The position numbers were made by a program, and so were the translations under genes. Shown piece after piece: positions 20,291 through 31,000 of a stretch of DNA of 64,000 nucleotides. This DNA comes from a virus. Lineage: Duplodnaviria; Caudoviricetes. The stretch is from IMG/VR virus record IMGVR_UViG_3300028903_000004, positions 32,001 to 96,000 of that record. One strand, 5' to 3'. Each line of letters starts with the position of its first letter. Position 1 is the stretch's first letter. A model generated the notes under the pieces. It saw only the letters and a program-made list of their open reading frames with translations. It made no database searches and was not told the DNA's origin.

Positions 20291-20977
20291 ATGGAAATAT
20301 TAGAAAAATTAACTAAAGAAAACAAGCCATTAGAAGTTATTACAAATATAGATGAATTCACTAAATTTGCTGCCAAAGCTTTTGATTGTGAATTTAACGG
20401 TACTGCGCGATTTTTTCCTTGGGGAACCCCAAAGAAAATTCCACAAATATTTAATATTGGCGTTATTTATGGAGCAAGTGGGTCTGGCAAATCTACGTTA
20501 TTAAAAACATTCGGAAATGAAGAAAAATTTGAATGGGACCCGAAGAAATCAATAGTTTCACATTTTAGTACACCAGCTGATGCTATAGATAAATTAGGGG
20601 CTGTAGGTTTAAATTCTATACCGAGTTGGTATAAACCATATCATGTACTATCAAATGGAGAAAAATTTAGAGCTGAACTGGCGCGTAAAATAAAAGATGG
20701 GGCTGTAATTGATGAATTCACATCAGTTGTTGACCGAAATGTAGCTAAAGCTGTTTCAGTATCTTTATCAAAATATATTAAAAGAAATAACATTAAGAAT
20801 ATTATATTAGCAACTTGCCATGAAGATATTTTAGAATGGCTTGAACCTGATTGGGTTATTAACACGAATTCTGGGGAAGTATATTCTGGAAATTTTTCAA
20901 ACGCCCAGATATCTATCTCAAAATATATCCAGCATCAAGGGATATCTGGGCAATGTTTAAGGACCATCATTATTTAA
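20291..20977 (+). CDS. ABC-type ATPase (N-terminal part of a frameshift fusion)
   Basis: GASGSGKST Walker A, LSNGE signature, IDEFTSVVDR Walker B, CH.DI.EWL.PDW. Confidence 0.85.
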   Translation: MEILEKLTKENKPLEVITNIDEFTKFAAKAFDCEFNGTARFFPWGTPKKIPQIFNIGVIYGASGSGKSTLLKTFGNEEKFEWDPKKSIVSHFSTPADAIDKLGAVGLNSIPSWYKPYHVLSNGEKFRAELARKIKDGAVIDEFTSVVDRNVAKAVSVSLSKYIKRNNIKNIILATCHEDILEWLEPDWVINTNSGEVYSGNFSNAQISISKYIQHQGISGQCLRTIII

Positions 20978-21372
20978 GAGGTGATTTACATAAATCTTCA
21001 AGATGTTTTATTGGTATTTGGAATGAACAAATTGTAGCCTTTGGAGCATCAATTGCAATGCCTAATGGTTATGTAAAAAATGCTTGGCGTGGGCATAGAA
21101 CAGTTGTATTACCAGATTATCAAGGCATGGGAATTGGTGTAAAATTCTCGGATGCTATTGCTCAAATTCATTTAGATGAAGGTAAAAGGTATTTTTCGAG
21201 AACAGCCCATCCAAGAATGATTCATTATAGAGAAAATTCTCCTTTATGGAAAGCAACTTCAAAAAATAAGAAATTAAGAACCGATATTAAGCATTTGAAT
21301 GTTTTTAAAAATTATTATGCCGATAATAAAAGAGTTTGTGGGTCACATGAGTATATTGGCTATCAAAATTAA
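20896..21372 (+). CDS. GNAT/Mom-like acetyltransferase (-1 frame continuation of the ATPase)
   Basis: KRPDIYLKIY...WAMFKDHHYL, HRTVVLPDYQGMGIG acetyl-CoA motif. Confidence 0.8.
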   Translation, partial: FKRPDIYLKIYPASRDIWAMFKDHHYLRGDLHKSSRCFIGIWNEQIVAFGASIAMPNGYVKNAWRGHRTVVLPDYQGMGIGVKFSDAIAQIHLDEGKRYFSRTAHPRMIHYRENSPLWKATSKNKKLRTDIKHLNVFKNYYADNKRVCGSHEYIGYQN

Positions 21373-21434
21373 AAAATCAATAATTAGTTCATTTCATAAA
21401 TATTTATAATAAAAATAATAATTTTAGGTATAAT

Positions 21435-21800
21435 ATGACTAATAGAATGAAAACTGATATAATTAAAACGAACAAACTTTATAATAAAATAAAAGGTGGT
21501 AAATCCGATAAACTTACAATAGAAGATTTAGCTAAAAAACATGGTGTTTCTGTTGATGTTATAAAAAAAGAACTTGAAGCTGGAATTAAAATTGAAATGG
21601 AACACACTAAAGATAAAAATATAGCAATTGAAATTGCTATGGACCACATCGAAGAATTTGTAGATTATTATACAAATAAAGAAGCTGGATTAAAAGCATC
21701 TGAAGATAAGCTTAAAAAAAGTACTTCAGAATCATTTATAAACATTTTCAATGAAATTATAAATGAAAATATATCTAAAATAACTTCGAAAAAGTCTTAA
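21435..21800 (+). CDS. DUF5661-like protein
   Basis: GIKIEMEHT.D...A.EIAMDHI.E...YYT; late motif 21400-21407. Confidence 0.7.
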   Translation: MTNRMKTDIIKTNKLYNKIKGGKSDKLTIEDLAKKHGVSVDVIKKELEAGIKIEMEHTKDKNIAIEIAMDHIEEFVDYYTNKEAGLKASEDKLKKSTSESFINIFNEIINENISKITSKKS

Positions 21801-21803
21801 AAA

Positions 21804-22481
21804 TTAAATTTTGAATTTAGAAAACTTTTTTAAATACGTTTCAATTGATGTATCATTTTTATCTTTAAAATTATATTTTTCGTCAAAATATTTTTTAACA
21901 TTATTACATCCACCCAGATGAGCAGCTGCTAAAATACCTGACTCTGTAATAAATATCCCATTAACAATCTTACCTTTATATTTTTTAATGTAAGATTTGA
22001 GTTTTTTTTTGTTAATTTCTATTAGCTTTATCATAGCACTTTCTTGCTCAATTTCAGACCAATGTAAAACTCTCATATTTTCTGGCATATTAATAAATTT
22101 GTCTCTAAAAGCTTTAGCATCATCAATATTACTGCACACACCAGTGCTCACCAATGCCGTTATTCCAAACTGATATTTTCCAATATATCCATATTTGTTA
22201 AATACAAAATAGTTGTTAGTTGATTCTAAATAACTTATAGCGTTTAAAAAATCACGATATGGAGTAATAGCAGTAACTACTTTATTTATTTTTACATTTA
22301 TAGAGTCCACAATTTTAAATAGACTATCTATCTTCTCATTTTTTTCTATTCTCTCTTTTTTTAATAGAAATTCTACATGAAGTGTATGATAAATTATTAA
22401 ACTAAAAACAATAACAATCATAATTTTAAAAATTAAAAATCTGTTTTTTAATTTTTTAATTAATTTTTCTAATTGTTCCAT
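21804..22481 (-). CDS. membrane-anchored lysozyme-like / lytic transglycosylase
   Basis: N-terminal TM; AISYLES..NY, GYIGKYQFG, LAAAHLGG. Confidence 0.75.
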   Translation of the reverse strand: MEQLEKLIKKLKNRFLIFKIMIVIVFSLIIYHTLHVEFLLKKERIEKNEKIDSLFKIVDSINVKINKVVTAITPYRDFLNAISYLESTNNYFVFNKYGYIGKYQFGITALVSTGVCSNIDDAKAFRDKFINMPENMRVLHWSEIEQESAMIKLIEINKKKLKSYIKKYKGKIVNGIFITESGILAAAHLGGCNNVKKYFDEKYNFKDKNDTSIETYLKKFSKFKI

Positions 22482-22723
22482 TTTTTGGCATTTTTTATGG
22501 TTTGATAATTCAAAGTTACAAAAAAAAATTCTAATTACCAAATTTTTTTTAAACTTTTTATCTCTTATTCGAGTAATTATTTAATTTTCAAATATATACA
22601 TTTAATGTAATTTTAACTTATATAATTAAATATCTGAAAATAAATTATGTTTATATATATAAAAAACGCTTATATAAAAATAGATAAGCGTTTTATGTTT
22701 AAAATTTATTCTATTTTATTATT

Positions 22724-25225
22724 TCATTTTTTTAGCTTTTTACCAATTAAAATCATCTTATCTGTATCTTTATTATAACTAATATTAATACAATCACCTT
22801 CTTTGATATTTCCGTTAAGAATTTCTTCACATATATTATCCTCAATATGTTTTTGAATTGCTCTAGCTAACGGTCTGGCACCATACTCATCATTATATCC
22901 AACATCACAGAGATAATCTATTGCAGTTTTATCAACAATCATATCATACCCCATTTCATTAATTCTAGTATTGAGTTTTTTAAGTTCGAGTTCAATAATT
23001 TTAGTTATATCTTCCTTAGTTAAAGTTTTAAATATAATAATATCATCAAGTCGATTCAAAAATTCAGGTCTGAATGTTTTCTTTAAAGTTTTTTCGATGA
23101 TGTCATTAATTCTTTCTTGTGTTTTATCAATATTTTTTATACCAAAACCAATTCCTCTTCCAAAATCCAATGATTCTTTAACACCTACGTTTGATGTCAT
23201 AATAATTAATGTATTCTTGAAATTAACTTTACGACCGAGCCCATCAGTCAAATGACCTTCATCAAGTAACTGAAGAAGAACGTTAAATACATCAGGATGC
23301 GCCTTTTCTATTTCATCAAAAAGTATTACTGAATATGGTTTTCTTCTAATTCTTTCGGTGAGTTGACCACCTTGTTCATACCCGACATAACCTGGAGGAG
23401 CCCCAATAAGTTTTGATACAGTATGTTTTTCCATATATTCAGACATATCAATTCTTACCATGGCATCAGCATCGCCAAAAATATATTCAGCTAGTACTTT
23501 CGCCATATAGGTTTTACCTACACCAGTTGAACCTAAAAATATGAATGAACCTATAGGTTTATTTTTATCTTTAATCCCAAGCCTGTTTCGTTTAATTGCT
23601 TTTGAAATTTTAGTTACAACTTCATCTTGACCGATAACAATTCCATTAAGTTCTTTTTCCATATCAAGTAAATGTTTGTTTTCTTTTATGGAAATCTTAC
23701 TTATTGGAATACCAGTCATTGTTGAAATCACATCAGCAATAACTCCAACATCAATAACAGTACGTTTTTTATCTAAACTATTTAACCATTCTTTTTTTGC
23801 TTCAGCCAATTCATTTTCTAATTTTTTTTCTTTATCGCGAAGTTTAGCTGCTTTTTCATATAATTGTTTTTGAACTACTTCAAGTTTTTCTGCAATAATA
23901 GCTTCTTTTTGACGTTCTAATTCTTTAATATTTTCTGGAACATCAAACGAAACATTTGTTGATGCGCCAGCTTCATCCATCACATCGATAGCTTTGTCTG
24001 GCATTGACCTATCAGTGATATAACGGTCGGCGAGTTTTACACATTCATGAATTGCCTCATCAGTATATCGAACTTTATGATGGTCTTCATAATGCGATTT
24101 AATATTATGTAAGATGATTTCAGTTTCATCTAATGTTGGTTCTTCAACTAAAACTTGCTGAAATCTTCTAACAAGTGCTCCGTCTTTTTCAATGTTTTCG
24201 CGATATTCGTCAAGAGTAGTTGCACCGATGCATTGAAGTTCACCACGTGCCAAAGCTGGTTTAAATATATTTGAAGCATCCAATGAACCAGATGAATTAC
24301 CAGCACCAACAATAGTATGTAACTCATCAATAAAAATAATAATTTCTGGGTGACTTTGAAGTTCATTAAGCATTGCTTTCATACGTTCTTCAAACTGTCC
24401 TCTGTATTTAGTTCCTGCGACAACAGATGCCAAGTCTAGTGCTAATATTCTTTTGTTAAGCAAGATTCTTGGTGCTTTACCTTCAAGTATTAATTGAGCA
24501 AGACCTTCGATGATTGCAGTTTTACCTACACCTGGTTCACCTATCAAAACTGGGTTATTTTTCTTTCTTCTTGAAAGAATTTGAGAAACTCGTTTAATTT
24601 CTTTTTCTCGTCCAACTATCGGGTCTAGAGCCTTTTCTTTTGCAAGTTTAGTTATATCTCTGCAAAAGTTATCTAATACAGGCGTATCTTTATTATTTGA
24701 TTTTGACTCCTTTTGATTATCATTCTTATAGCTATTATTTTCATCATAATCATTTAGATAAGCATCTTTAACTCTAAAATTTCCTAATTCTGCATAAAAA
24801 TTAATATAGTTAATATTGTTTTCATTTAATATTGTAGTTATATGATTTTTAGGTAACAATAATACTCCAAGGATAAAATGATAATCTCTAATATTATTAT
24901 CTCCAAGTCTTTCTGCTTCATTGTCAGCAAAATCAAATGCCATTTTTGTATCTTCACTTGGAGGAATTTTGCCTTTATATTTAATTTCAACATTATTAAT
25001 ATTTAAATGTTTACTATTTAGGTCTTGAGTTATTGTTTCAATAAGCTCATCAATATCAACACCTAATGACTTAAATATTTGAATAACGATATTATTACCA
25101 TTTTCAAGAATAGCCAAAATAATATGCTCTGGTTTCAAATAACTCGAATTAAAATTATTTGCGATAATAAACGCCTCATTAACAATACTTTTAAAGTTCG
25201 GTAATATATCTTTTTTCATTTTCAT
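22724..25225 (-). CDS. clpC: ATP-dependent Clp protease ATPase subunit ClpC
   Basis: Clp-N repeats, [11 protein letters not shown] coiled coil, [24 protein letters not shown]. Confidence 0.93.
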   Translation of the reverse strand: MKMKKDILPNFKSIVNEAFIIANNFNSSYLKPEHIILAILENGNNIVIQIFKSLGVDIDELIETITQDLNSKHLNINNVEIKYKGKIPPSEDTKMAFDFADNEAERLGDNNIRDYHFILGVLLLPKNHITTILNENNINYINFYAELGNFRVKDAYLNDYDENNSYKNDNQKESKSNNKDTPVLDNFCRDITKLAKEKALDPIVGREKEIKRVSQILSRRKKNNPVLIGEPGVGKTAIIEGLAQLILEGKAPRILLNKRILALDLASVVAGTKYRGQFEERMKAMLNELQSHPEIIIFIDELHTIVGAGNSSGSLDASNIFKPALARGELQCIGATTLDEYRENIEKDGALVRRFQQVLVEEPTLDETEIILHNIKSHYEDHHKVRYTDEAIHECVKLADRYITDRSMPDKAIDVMDEAGASTNVSFDVPENIKELERQKEAIIAEKLEVVQKQLYEKAAKLRDKEKKLENELAEAKKEWLNSLDKKRTVIDVGVIADVISTMTGIPISKISIKENKHLLDMEKELNGIVIGQDEVVTKISKAIKRNRLGIKDKNKPIGSFIFLGSTGVGKTYMAKVLAEYIFGDADAMVRIDMSEYMEKHTVSKLIGAPPGYVGYEQGGQLTERIRRKPYSVILFDEIEKAHPDVFNVLLQLLDEGHLTDGLGRKVNFKNTLIIMTSNVGVKESLDFGRGIGFGIKNIDKTQERINDIIEKTLKKTFRPEFLNRLDDIIIFKTLTKEDITKIIELELKKLNTRINEMGYDMIVDKTAIDYLCDVGYNDEYGARPLARAIQKHIEDNICEEILNGNIKEGDCINISYNKDTDKMILIGKKLKK

Positions 25226-25355
25226 AAAGTAATATTTATTATTTTCAGACAAAAATACATCTTTTTTTTGATAAAAACAAAATTATTGTTGATTTTTTAC
25301 AAAAAAAAACGTAAATTTAAGTATCTATAAGTTATTTTAAAAATTAAAAAAGTAA

Positions 25356-25610
25356 ATGTTTGATAATAAAGTTCCGAAATATTCTATGGTTGAGGTTAAA
25401 ATTAGAATTGAAAAAGATAAAGAAATCAGTAAAAATCCTTCGACCCCTAATGCTACCCAAGTTTTAAAGTTTGATGATGCTGGATTAGTTATAACTGGAA
25501 ATTACTTAATAGTAGTATTAGATGAAACAAATGTTAATAATACTCTAAGTAGTACTGGAAAAATTTTTAATTTAGAAAACGTCATCTCATATAAAACGCA
25601 TAATAAATAA
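25356..25610 (+). CDS. hypothetical protein
   Basis: ORF. Confidence 0.65.
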   Translation: MFDNKVPKYSMVEVKIRIEKDKEISKNPSTPNATQVLKFDDAGLVITGNYLIVVLDETNVNNTLSSTGKIFNLENVISYKTHNK

Positions 25611-25629
25611 TAAAAAATAATTTAAAAGT

Positions 25630-26076
25630 ATGTTAATTAAACGTAATGACAATGGAAATAAAGTGGATGTATTATATGAATCATCCAATATTCTAGCTTC
25701 TAGCTGGGACAAAAATACAAATGATTTAATTATAACATTTAAAAGAGGTGAACAATATGTTTTTCATAATGTTAAACCTACTGATTATGCTCGTTTTGAA
25801 CTAGCAGAAAGTCAGGGGCAAGAATTTAATAAACGTATCAAAAATGTCTATAAATTTGAAAAACTTAGGTTAATTGACATTGCTGACTTGTTAAAAGAAA
25901 TAAATGAATTTAAAACAAAAGAAATATTAATAGCTGAAAAAAATCTTATAACCGCTATGACAGTTTTAATAAATTCTTATGGAAAGAAAAATTCTATCGA
26001 TATTAAAGAACTTGAAAATATAGAATTATTCATTAATAAATTAAAAGAGATTAAAGAAAAAACTAACAATGAGTAA
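25630..26076 (+). CDS. KTSC-domain protein
   Basis: SSNI....D.....L.I.F..G..Y....V....Y..F..AES.G..FN..IK. Confidence 0.8.
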   Translation: MLIKRNDNGNKVDVLYESSNILASSWDKNTNDLIITFKRGEQYVFHNVKPTDYARFELAESQGQEFNKRIKNVYKFEKLRLIDIADLLKEINEFKTKEILIAEKNLITAMTVLINSYGKKNSIDIKELENIELFINKLKEIKEKTNNE

Positions 26077-26623
26077 TATCACTAAAAATTTTAAATTTAG
26101 AGGAGATTTAAATTTTATTAAACCTTCAAATCCTTTTTATGATTTTAATTTACTCGATAAATTAGCAAAGGATTTTATTAAGAATAACCCATATGAAATG
26201 GTTTATGATGGTAATGATTATTTTCTTAGGGCAGCATTACTTTTTCATAATCATGTTATGAATTTAATAGAATCTGAAAAATCTGAAGATGATTTAAATT
26301 TGTTATTACCATTAATGAAAATAATCGTAGATTATAACTTACCAATAGCATTAATGCCAGTATTAGAATATAAAGGTAATACATTTTATACCGTAACAGC
26401 AAAAATGAGATGTTGTATTCAAGAGGATGAACGGAATATACCTAAATTTGAAAAAACTTTCAAAAAAAATCTTGATGTTATGATTATTAATGGAAGAGAA
26501 AATAATCCACCATATGCTTTAGGCGTTTATAATTTGATGTTTACGCCTATAATGTATAATCCAACAAATTTTGAACGAATTAGAAATGTAATGATAAGAT
26601 ACTTTACATATGGAATAAACTAA
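26069..26623 (+). CDS. hypothetical protein resembling N- and C-terminal segments of the major capsid protein
   Basis: FTPIMYNPTNFERIRNVMIRY vs MCP LTPTMYNPFNFAPVKGIMTRY. Confidence 0.6.
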   Translation: MSNITKNFKFRGDLNFIKPSNPFYDFNLLDKLAKDFIKNNPYEMVYDGNDYFLRAALLFHNHVMNLIESEKSEDDLNLLLPLMKIIVDYNLPIALMPVLEYKGNTFYTVTAKMRCCIQEDERNIPKFEKTFKKNLDVMIINGRENNPPYALGVYNLMFTPIMYNPTNFERIRNVMIRYFTYGIN

Positions 26624-26653
26624 TAAAAAAAAATTAAATGAAAGGTTTTTAAA

Positions 26654-27601
26654 ATGAATAATGTTGATTTAACATATCATGAGTTATTAAAAGATATCAT
26701 TAATAACGGAATAGATAAAATAGATAGAACGAATGTGGGCACCAAATCAGTTTTTGGGAGAATGATTAGATTTGATATGCGTGAAGGATTTCCACTTCTA
26801 ACTACAAAAAAAATTCATGTTAAATCAGTAATTCATGAATTATTATGGTTTTTAAAAGGTGATACTAATATCAAATATCTTAATGATAATGGTGTAACTA
26901 TTTGGGATGAATGGGCAGATGAAGATGGTAATCTAGGTCCTATTTATGGAAAACAATGGGTTGATTGGGGTGGTTATATGAAAAACATAGATGGTGAAAA
27001 AGTATATTTTAAAGGTATTAATCAAATACAATATATAATTGACCGTTTAATTAAATTTCCAGATTGCCGTAGAATTATGGTGAATGCATGGAATGTAAGT
27101 GATTTAGATGAAATGAGACTTATGCCGTGTCATTATGGATTTCAGTTTTGGACAAGAGAATTGACGAGAGAAGAGCGTATGGGAATATATATTAAGCGAT
27201 ATATGAATAGTTTTAGTGAATCTGATGATTCTATTGATATTAAGTTAACTACTAATAATATTCCAACTCGCGGAATATCATTATCTTGGAACCAAAGAAG
27301 TTGTGATGTTGGATTAGGAATCCCGTTTAATATAGCATCATATGCTTTATTATTACATATGGTTGGACAACAAGTTAATATGATACCATTAGAATTAATT
27401 GGTATGTTAGGTGATTGCCATATTTATTCTAATCATATTGAACAGCTTAGAGAACAATTAACTAGAGACCCACACAAATACCCTCTTCCTAAAATATGGT
27501 TAAATCCTGAAGTAAATAGTATTTTTAATTATAAATATGAAGACATAAAAATATTAGATTACCAATCATATCCAACCATTAAGATGCCAATTGCTGTTTA
27601 A
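26654..27601 (+). CDS. thyA: thymidylate synthase
   Basis: DRTNVGT, FPLLTTKK, ELLWFL, MPCH, QRSCDVGLGIPFNIASY. Confidence 0.96.
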   Translation: MNNVDLTYHELLKDIINNGIDKIDRTNVGTKSVFGRMIRFDMREGFPLLTTKKIHVKSVIHELLWFLKGDTNIKYLNDNGVTIWDEWADEDGNLGPIYGKQWVDWGGYMKNIDGEKVYFKGINQIQYIIDRLIKFPDCRRIMVNAWNVSDLDEMRLMPCHYGFQFWTRELTREERMGIYIKRYMNSFSESDDSIDIKLTTNNIPTRGISLSWNQRSCDVGLGIPFNIASYALLLHMVGQQVNMIPLELIGMLGDCHIYSNHIEQLREQLTRDPHKYPLPKIWLNPEVNSIFNYKYEDIKILDYQSYPTIKMPIAV

Positions 27602-27623
27602 TCTTCATAATTTTATAAAAAAA

Positions 27624-27656
27624 ATAAGCCCTTGGTGTTGAATCAGGGCTTTTTTT
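27624..27656 (+). terminator. intrinsic terminator
   Basis: aagccct...agggctt plus T run. Confidence 0.7.
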
Positions 27657-27694
27657 ATTTATCGTCTGAATATTTATATTAAAAGTAATTTAGT

Positions 27695-28471
27695 ATGGCA
27701 TCATTAAAAAACATCATAATTGAAGAGCTTAGAGGTGTTTCCGAAATAGTAAAACCAGAAGAAGTAGATTTAAGTTCTTTTGTAATGCGAAATACATTAA
27801 ACTCGAAAATATGGAAATCTGAAGATAAAATTGACCCTAAAATTAGAAAACAATTATTGAAAATTGCTGATGATTTTGTTGAATTTTTAGATATTCCATG
27901 GGTTGAAGTTATAGATGTAACGTTAACTGGAAGTTTAGCAAATTATAATTGGTCAGAATACTCAGATATTGATTTACATATTATTTTTAATTTTCAGGAC
28001 ATTAATGAAAATGAAGAACTGGTTAAAGATTTTTTAGATTCAAAAAGAAAAATATGGAATGATACTCATAATATAACAATTTACGGTTTTGAGGTTGAAA
28101 TTTATGCTCAAGATATAAATGAACCGCATACATCTACTGGTGTTTATTCGCTAGAATATAATAAATGGGTTATAAAACCAAATAAATTGAAGCCAAGATT
28201 TGATAAAATTTTAATCAAGAAAAAAGCATCTGAATTAATGACCAAAATTGATGATATTATTGAAATGTATCATGAAGGTAAGTATGAAAGAGTTGTGAAT
28301 GAATCTGAAAAATTATGGGAAAAAATAAAAAAAATGCGTAAAGCGGGTCTTGAAAAAGAAGGTGAATTTTCATATGAAAATATTGTTTTTAAAGTATTAA
28401 GAAGAAGTGGTTATATTAATAAATTTATGAAAATTAAAGACCAAGCTTATGATATTTTAAATTCTATATGA
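27695..28471 (+). CDS. Pol-beta superfamily nucleotidyltransferase with N-terminal leader
   Basis: TGSLANYNWSEYSDIDLH (GS..DxD), VEIYAQD; late motif 27670-27677. Confidence 0.8.
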   Translation: MASLKNIIIEELRGVSEIVKPEEVDLSSFVMRNTLNSKIWKSEDKIDPKIRKQLLKIADDFVEFLDIPWVEVIDVTLTGSLANYNWSEYSDIDLHIIFNFQDINENEELVKDFLDSKRKIWNDTHNITIYGFEVEIYAQDINEPHTSTGVYSLEYNKWVIKPNKLKPRFDKILIKKKASELMTKIDDIIEMYHEGKYERVVNESEKLWEKIKKMRKAGLEKEGEFSYENIVFKVLRRSGYINKFMKIKDQAYDILNSI

Positions 28472-28510
28472 TATTTATTAATAAATAACAATTTAATTAA
28501 ATAGAAATTT

Positions 28511-28858
28511 ATGTCACTTCATAACGAAGTTCCAACAATAATACATTCAGCCGCTGATGCTGATTTTAGTAAATATACTTATTTTCAAGTTTTGGCTACT
28601 GCTAATACTAGTGCTGTAATTAATGGGACATACGTTTACATGAATGCAGGGCTTCTTATTACAATTTTAGTGAAAAGTATTTCAGGTAATGATGTTTATG
28701 TTTTGGGCTCACCAATTAATACGACAACAGGTGTATCATATGCTGGAACTGAAGATATGCCTCAATTAGGTGGTAGTGCATTTTTAGAAGGAAATGATAG
28801 TTATTACTTAATTAATGTGGGAAAAGAACTGCCTACTCCACCTCCGACTAAAATCTAA
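28511..28858 (+). CDS. late hypothetical (probable virion) protein
   Basis: late motif 28471-28478. Confidence 0.65.
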   Translation: MSLHNEVPTIIHSAADADFSKYTYFQVLATANTSAVINGTYVYMNAGLLITILVKSISGNDVYVLGSPINTTTGVSYAGTEDMPQLGGSAFLEGNDSYYLINVGKELPTPPPTKI

Positions 28859-28924
28859 ATAATGTAATTTATTAAAATTACTACATATTTATAGACAAAT
28901 AATTTTATTTTAAAAGAAATTGTA

Positions 28925-30588
28925 ATGAAAAAAGATATGATTAATCCTATAAGTCTTAAAGGGCAAGATAAATTAAATAGAATACATGAATTAATGGGGA
29001 AAATTAATCCCGTTATTAACGAAAATGTTTCTAATTCTGTATTAGAAATTTATCATAAAGGTGCAGATGGTAAAAATTATGGTATTGTTAGAGAAAATTA
29101 TAAATATTACATTAAAATTGCAGAAGATAAAAATAATTTAACTGTAAAAGATTTTCAATATATTGGTGGGCTTAAAAATAAAAATGATTATGTCTTTGAA
29201 TCATATGCCAAAGCTGTTAAACATTTAAAACTTAAATTAATGAGTTTAGATGAAGCTTATGGTATTGAACATGATTACGATAATAATGTATTGATGAAAG
29301 AAGGCGCATTTTCTTATGGTTTTAAAACTGAAGAAGAAACCAACGAAATGTTAGAAAATGAATATGTTGAAGAAGACGATTCAGATAAAATAGTTGACAA
29401 AGCTGACTATACAAAACATAAAAAAGAATCTGATACAGATGATTTTGATGATACAATAAAGCTTAATGATGCTCAAAAGTCAAAAATAAAAGATAAACTT
29501 CAAAAAAAATTTGATTTAACTGAAGAAGAAGCTAATTATCTTGTTGATGAAATTTTATCTTGCGAAACTTGTTATAATTCAGTTAAAGAAGGCTATGATG
29601 ATGAAGAATATGGTGATGAGGATTATGAACGTGCATCTAGAGAACAACAATATTATGGAAGAAGTCCTGAAGCTGGTGCTTTAGACGAAAAAAAAAAACT
29701 GTAAGCGAAACTGAAATAGACGAAGTTAAATATAAACTTAAAATAAAAGACCCAACATCAGAACCACCTCAAGAGCCAGCATTTTCTGATTCTAAAGGTG
29801 GTTCTGATTTTAACAATACTGATAATAATAGCAAATCATTTGATAATAAATCAGACAATGAAATGGCTGATGATTCGGATAAGCCATTTAATGATAAACC
29901 ATTCGATGCTGGAGTTGAAGTTTCAGAAGAAGATGACCCTAAAAAGTTCATTCAGCAATTAACAGGAAAATTAGGTACTTCCTTAAGAAAATATAATAAA
30001 GAACAAGGTAATCCAGATTTTGAATTAGAAAAATTTGTAATTAATTCTATAATTTCTGCAACACATAGCGGTATTATGGATGAAGAAGACCAGAAAAAAA
30101 TTATTAAGAAAGTTAAAACTGCTGGTAAAGATGATAATAATGTAAGTGTCGATACAAACAATAATAAAGATGATAATGAAAATGACGATAAATCAAAACC
30201 AACAGATAACAAAAAAAATAAAAAAGAACCTGTAAAATCATCTGATGAAGAAAATGATGAAAATACTGAAAATAGTGAAGATTGGTCGCCGACTGAAGAA
30301 TCATATAAAAAAAATAATGAAAAGTTGAAAAATTCTAAAAAAAGTGGTATATTTGAAGATGAATTAAATAATATTATTATGAATAGAATTAATGAAACGT
30401 TTAATATTGATAATATGATTGAAGAAATATTAGGCAATATAACCACAAATCCTCAAAAACCAGATGAAGAAACTATAAAAAAACCTAGGACTGATGAACC
30501 AGTAAAAAATCCAAGACCAAGACGTGAAAGAATTTGGAGACCAGAACCAGGTGAATCACCAAACCCAAAAGCTAGAAAAAATGGATAA
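28925..30588 (+). CDS. acidic head-region protein; 259-aa ORF plus -1 frame extension via A11 run (about 554 aa)
   Basis: ORF 28925..29704 ends DEKKKL*; -1 frame open 29671-30588. Confidence 0.65.
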
Positions 30589-31000
30589 AAAAAAATTATA
30601 TTTAATTTTTATTAATGAAATAGGTAAGAATTGGAAAGGTGAATTTATATATGAATTCCTTTTTTCAAATTCTACCGAAGGAGTGGATGGTGAAGCATGG
30701 GATGAATACCCCGCATCAGGTAAACCAGAACCGCCGAGCCAACAATTCATTAAAGCGGTAGGTTTATTAACTTCTGAAATAAAATTTGATATTATTCAGA
30801 AGAGTGATACTTTTAGTGTTTGGGATGCAGTGGATGGAGTAATTGCATTGGCTTGGGAAAACATAGATGATTATGATGAATATCCAGAGTCTAGAATATT
30901 TTTTAAGTTTGGAGATACACTTGAAGATGTTGAAGATAAACTTTATGAAAGGGATATAAGATTAATTCTAACAAAAGTTCAGGAACATGAAAAAATCTAA
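30581..31000 (+). CDS. hypothetical protein
   Basis: ORF, ATG at 30581. Confidence 0.7.
   Translation: MDKKKLYLIFINEIGKNWKGEFIYEFLFSNSTEGVDGEAWDEYPASGKPEPPSQQFIKAVGLLTSEIKFDIIQKSDTFSVWDAVDGVIALAWENIDDYDEYPESRIFFKFGDTLEDVEDKLYERDIRLILTKVQEHEKI

Noticed and set aside
22724-25252. Bacterial-looking clpC/thyA/phoH/wecB suggesting a host chromosome or prophage boundary
   Set aside because: They are interleaved with phage genes and phage late motifs at similar composition; such auxiliary genes are usual in large phages.
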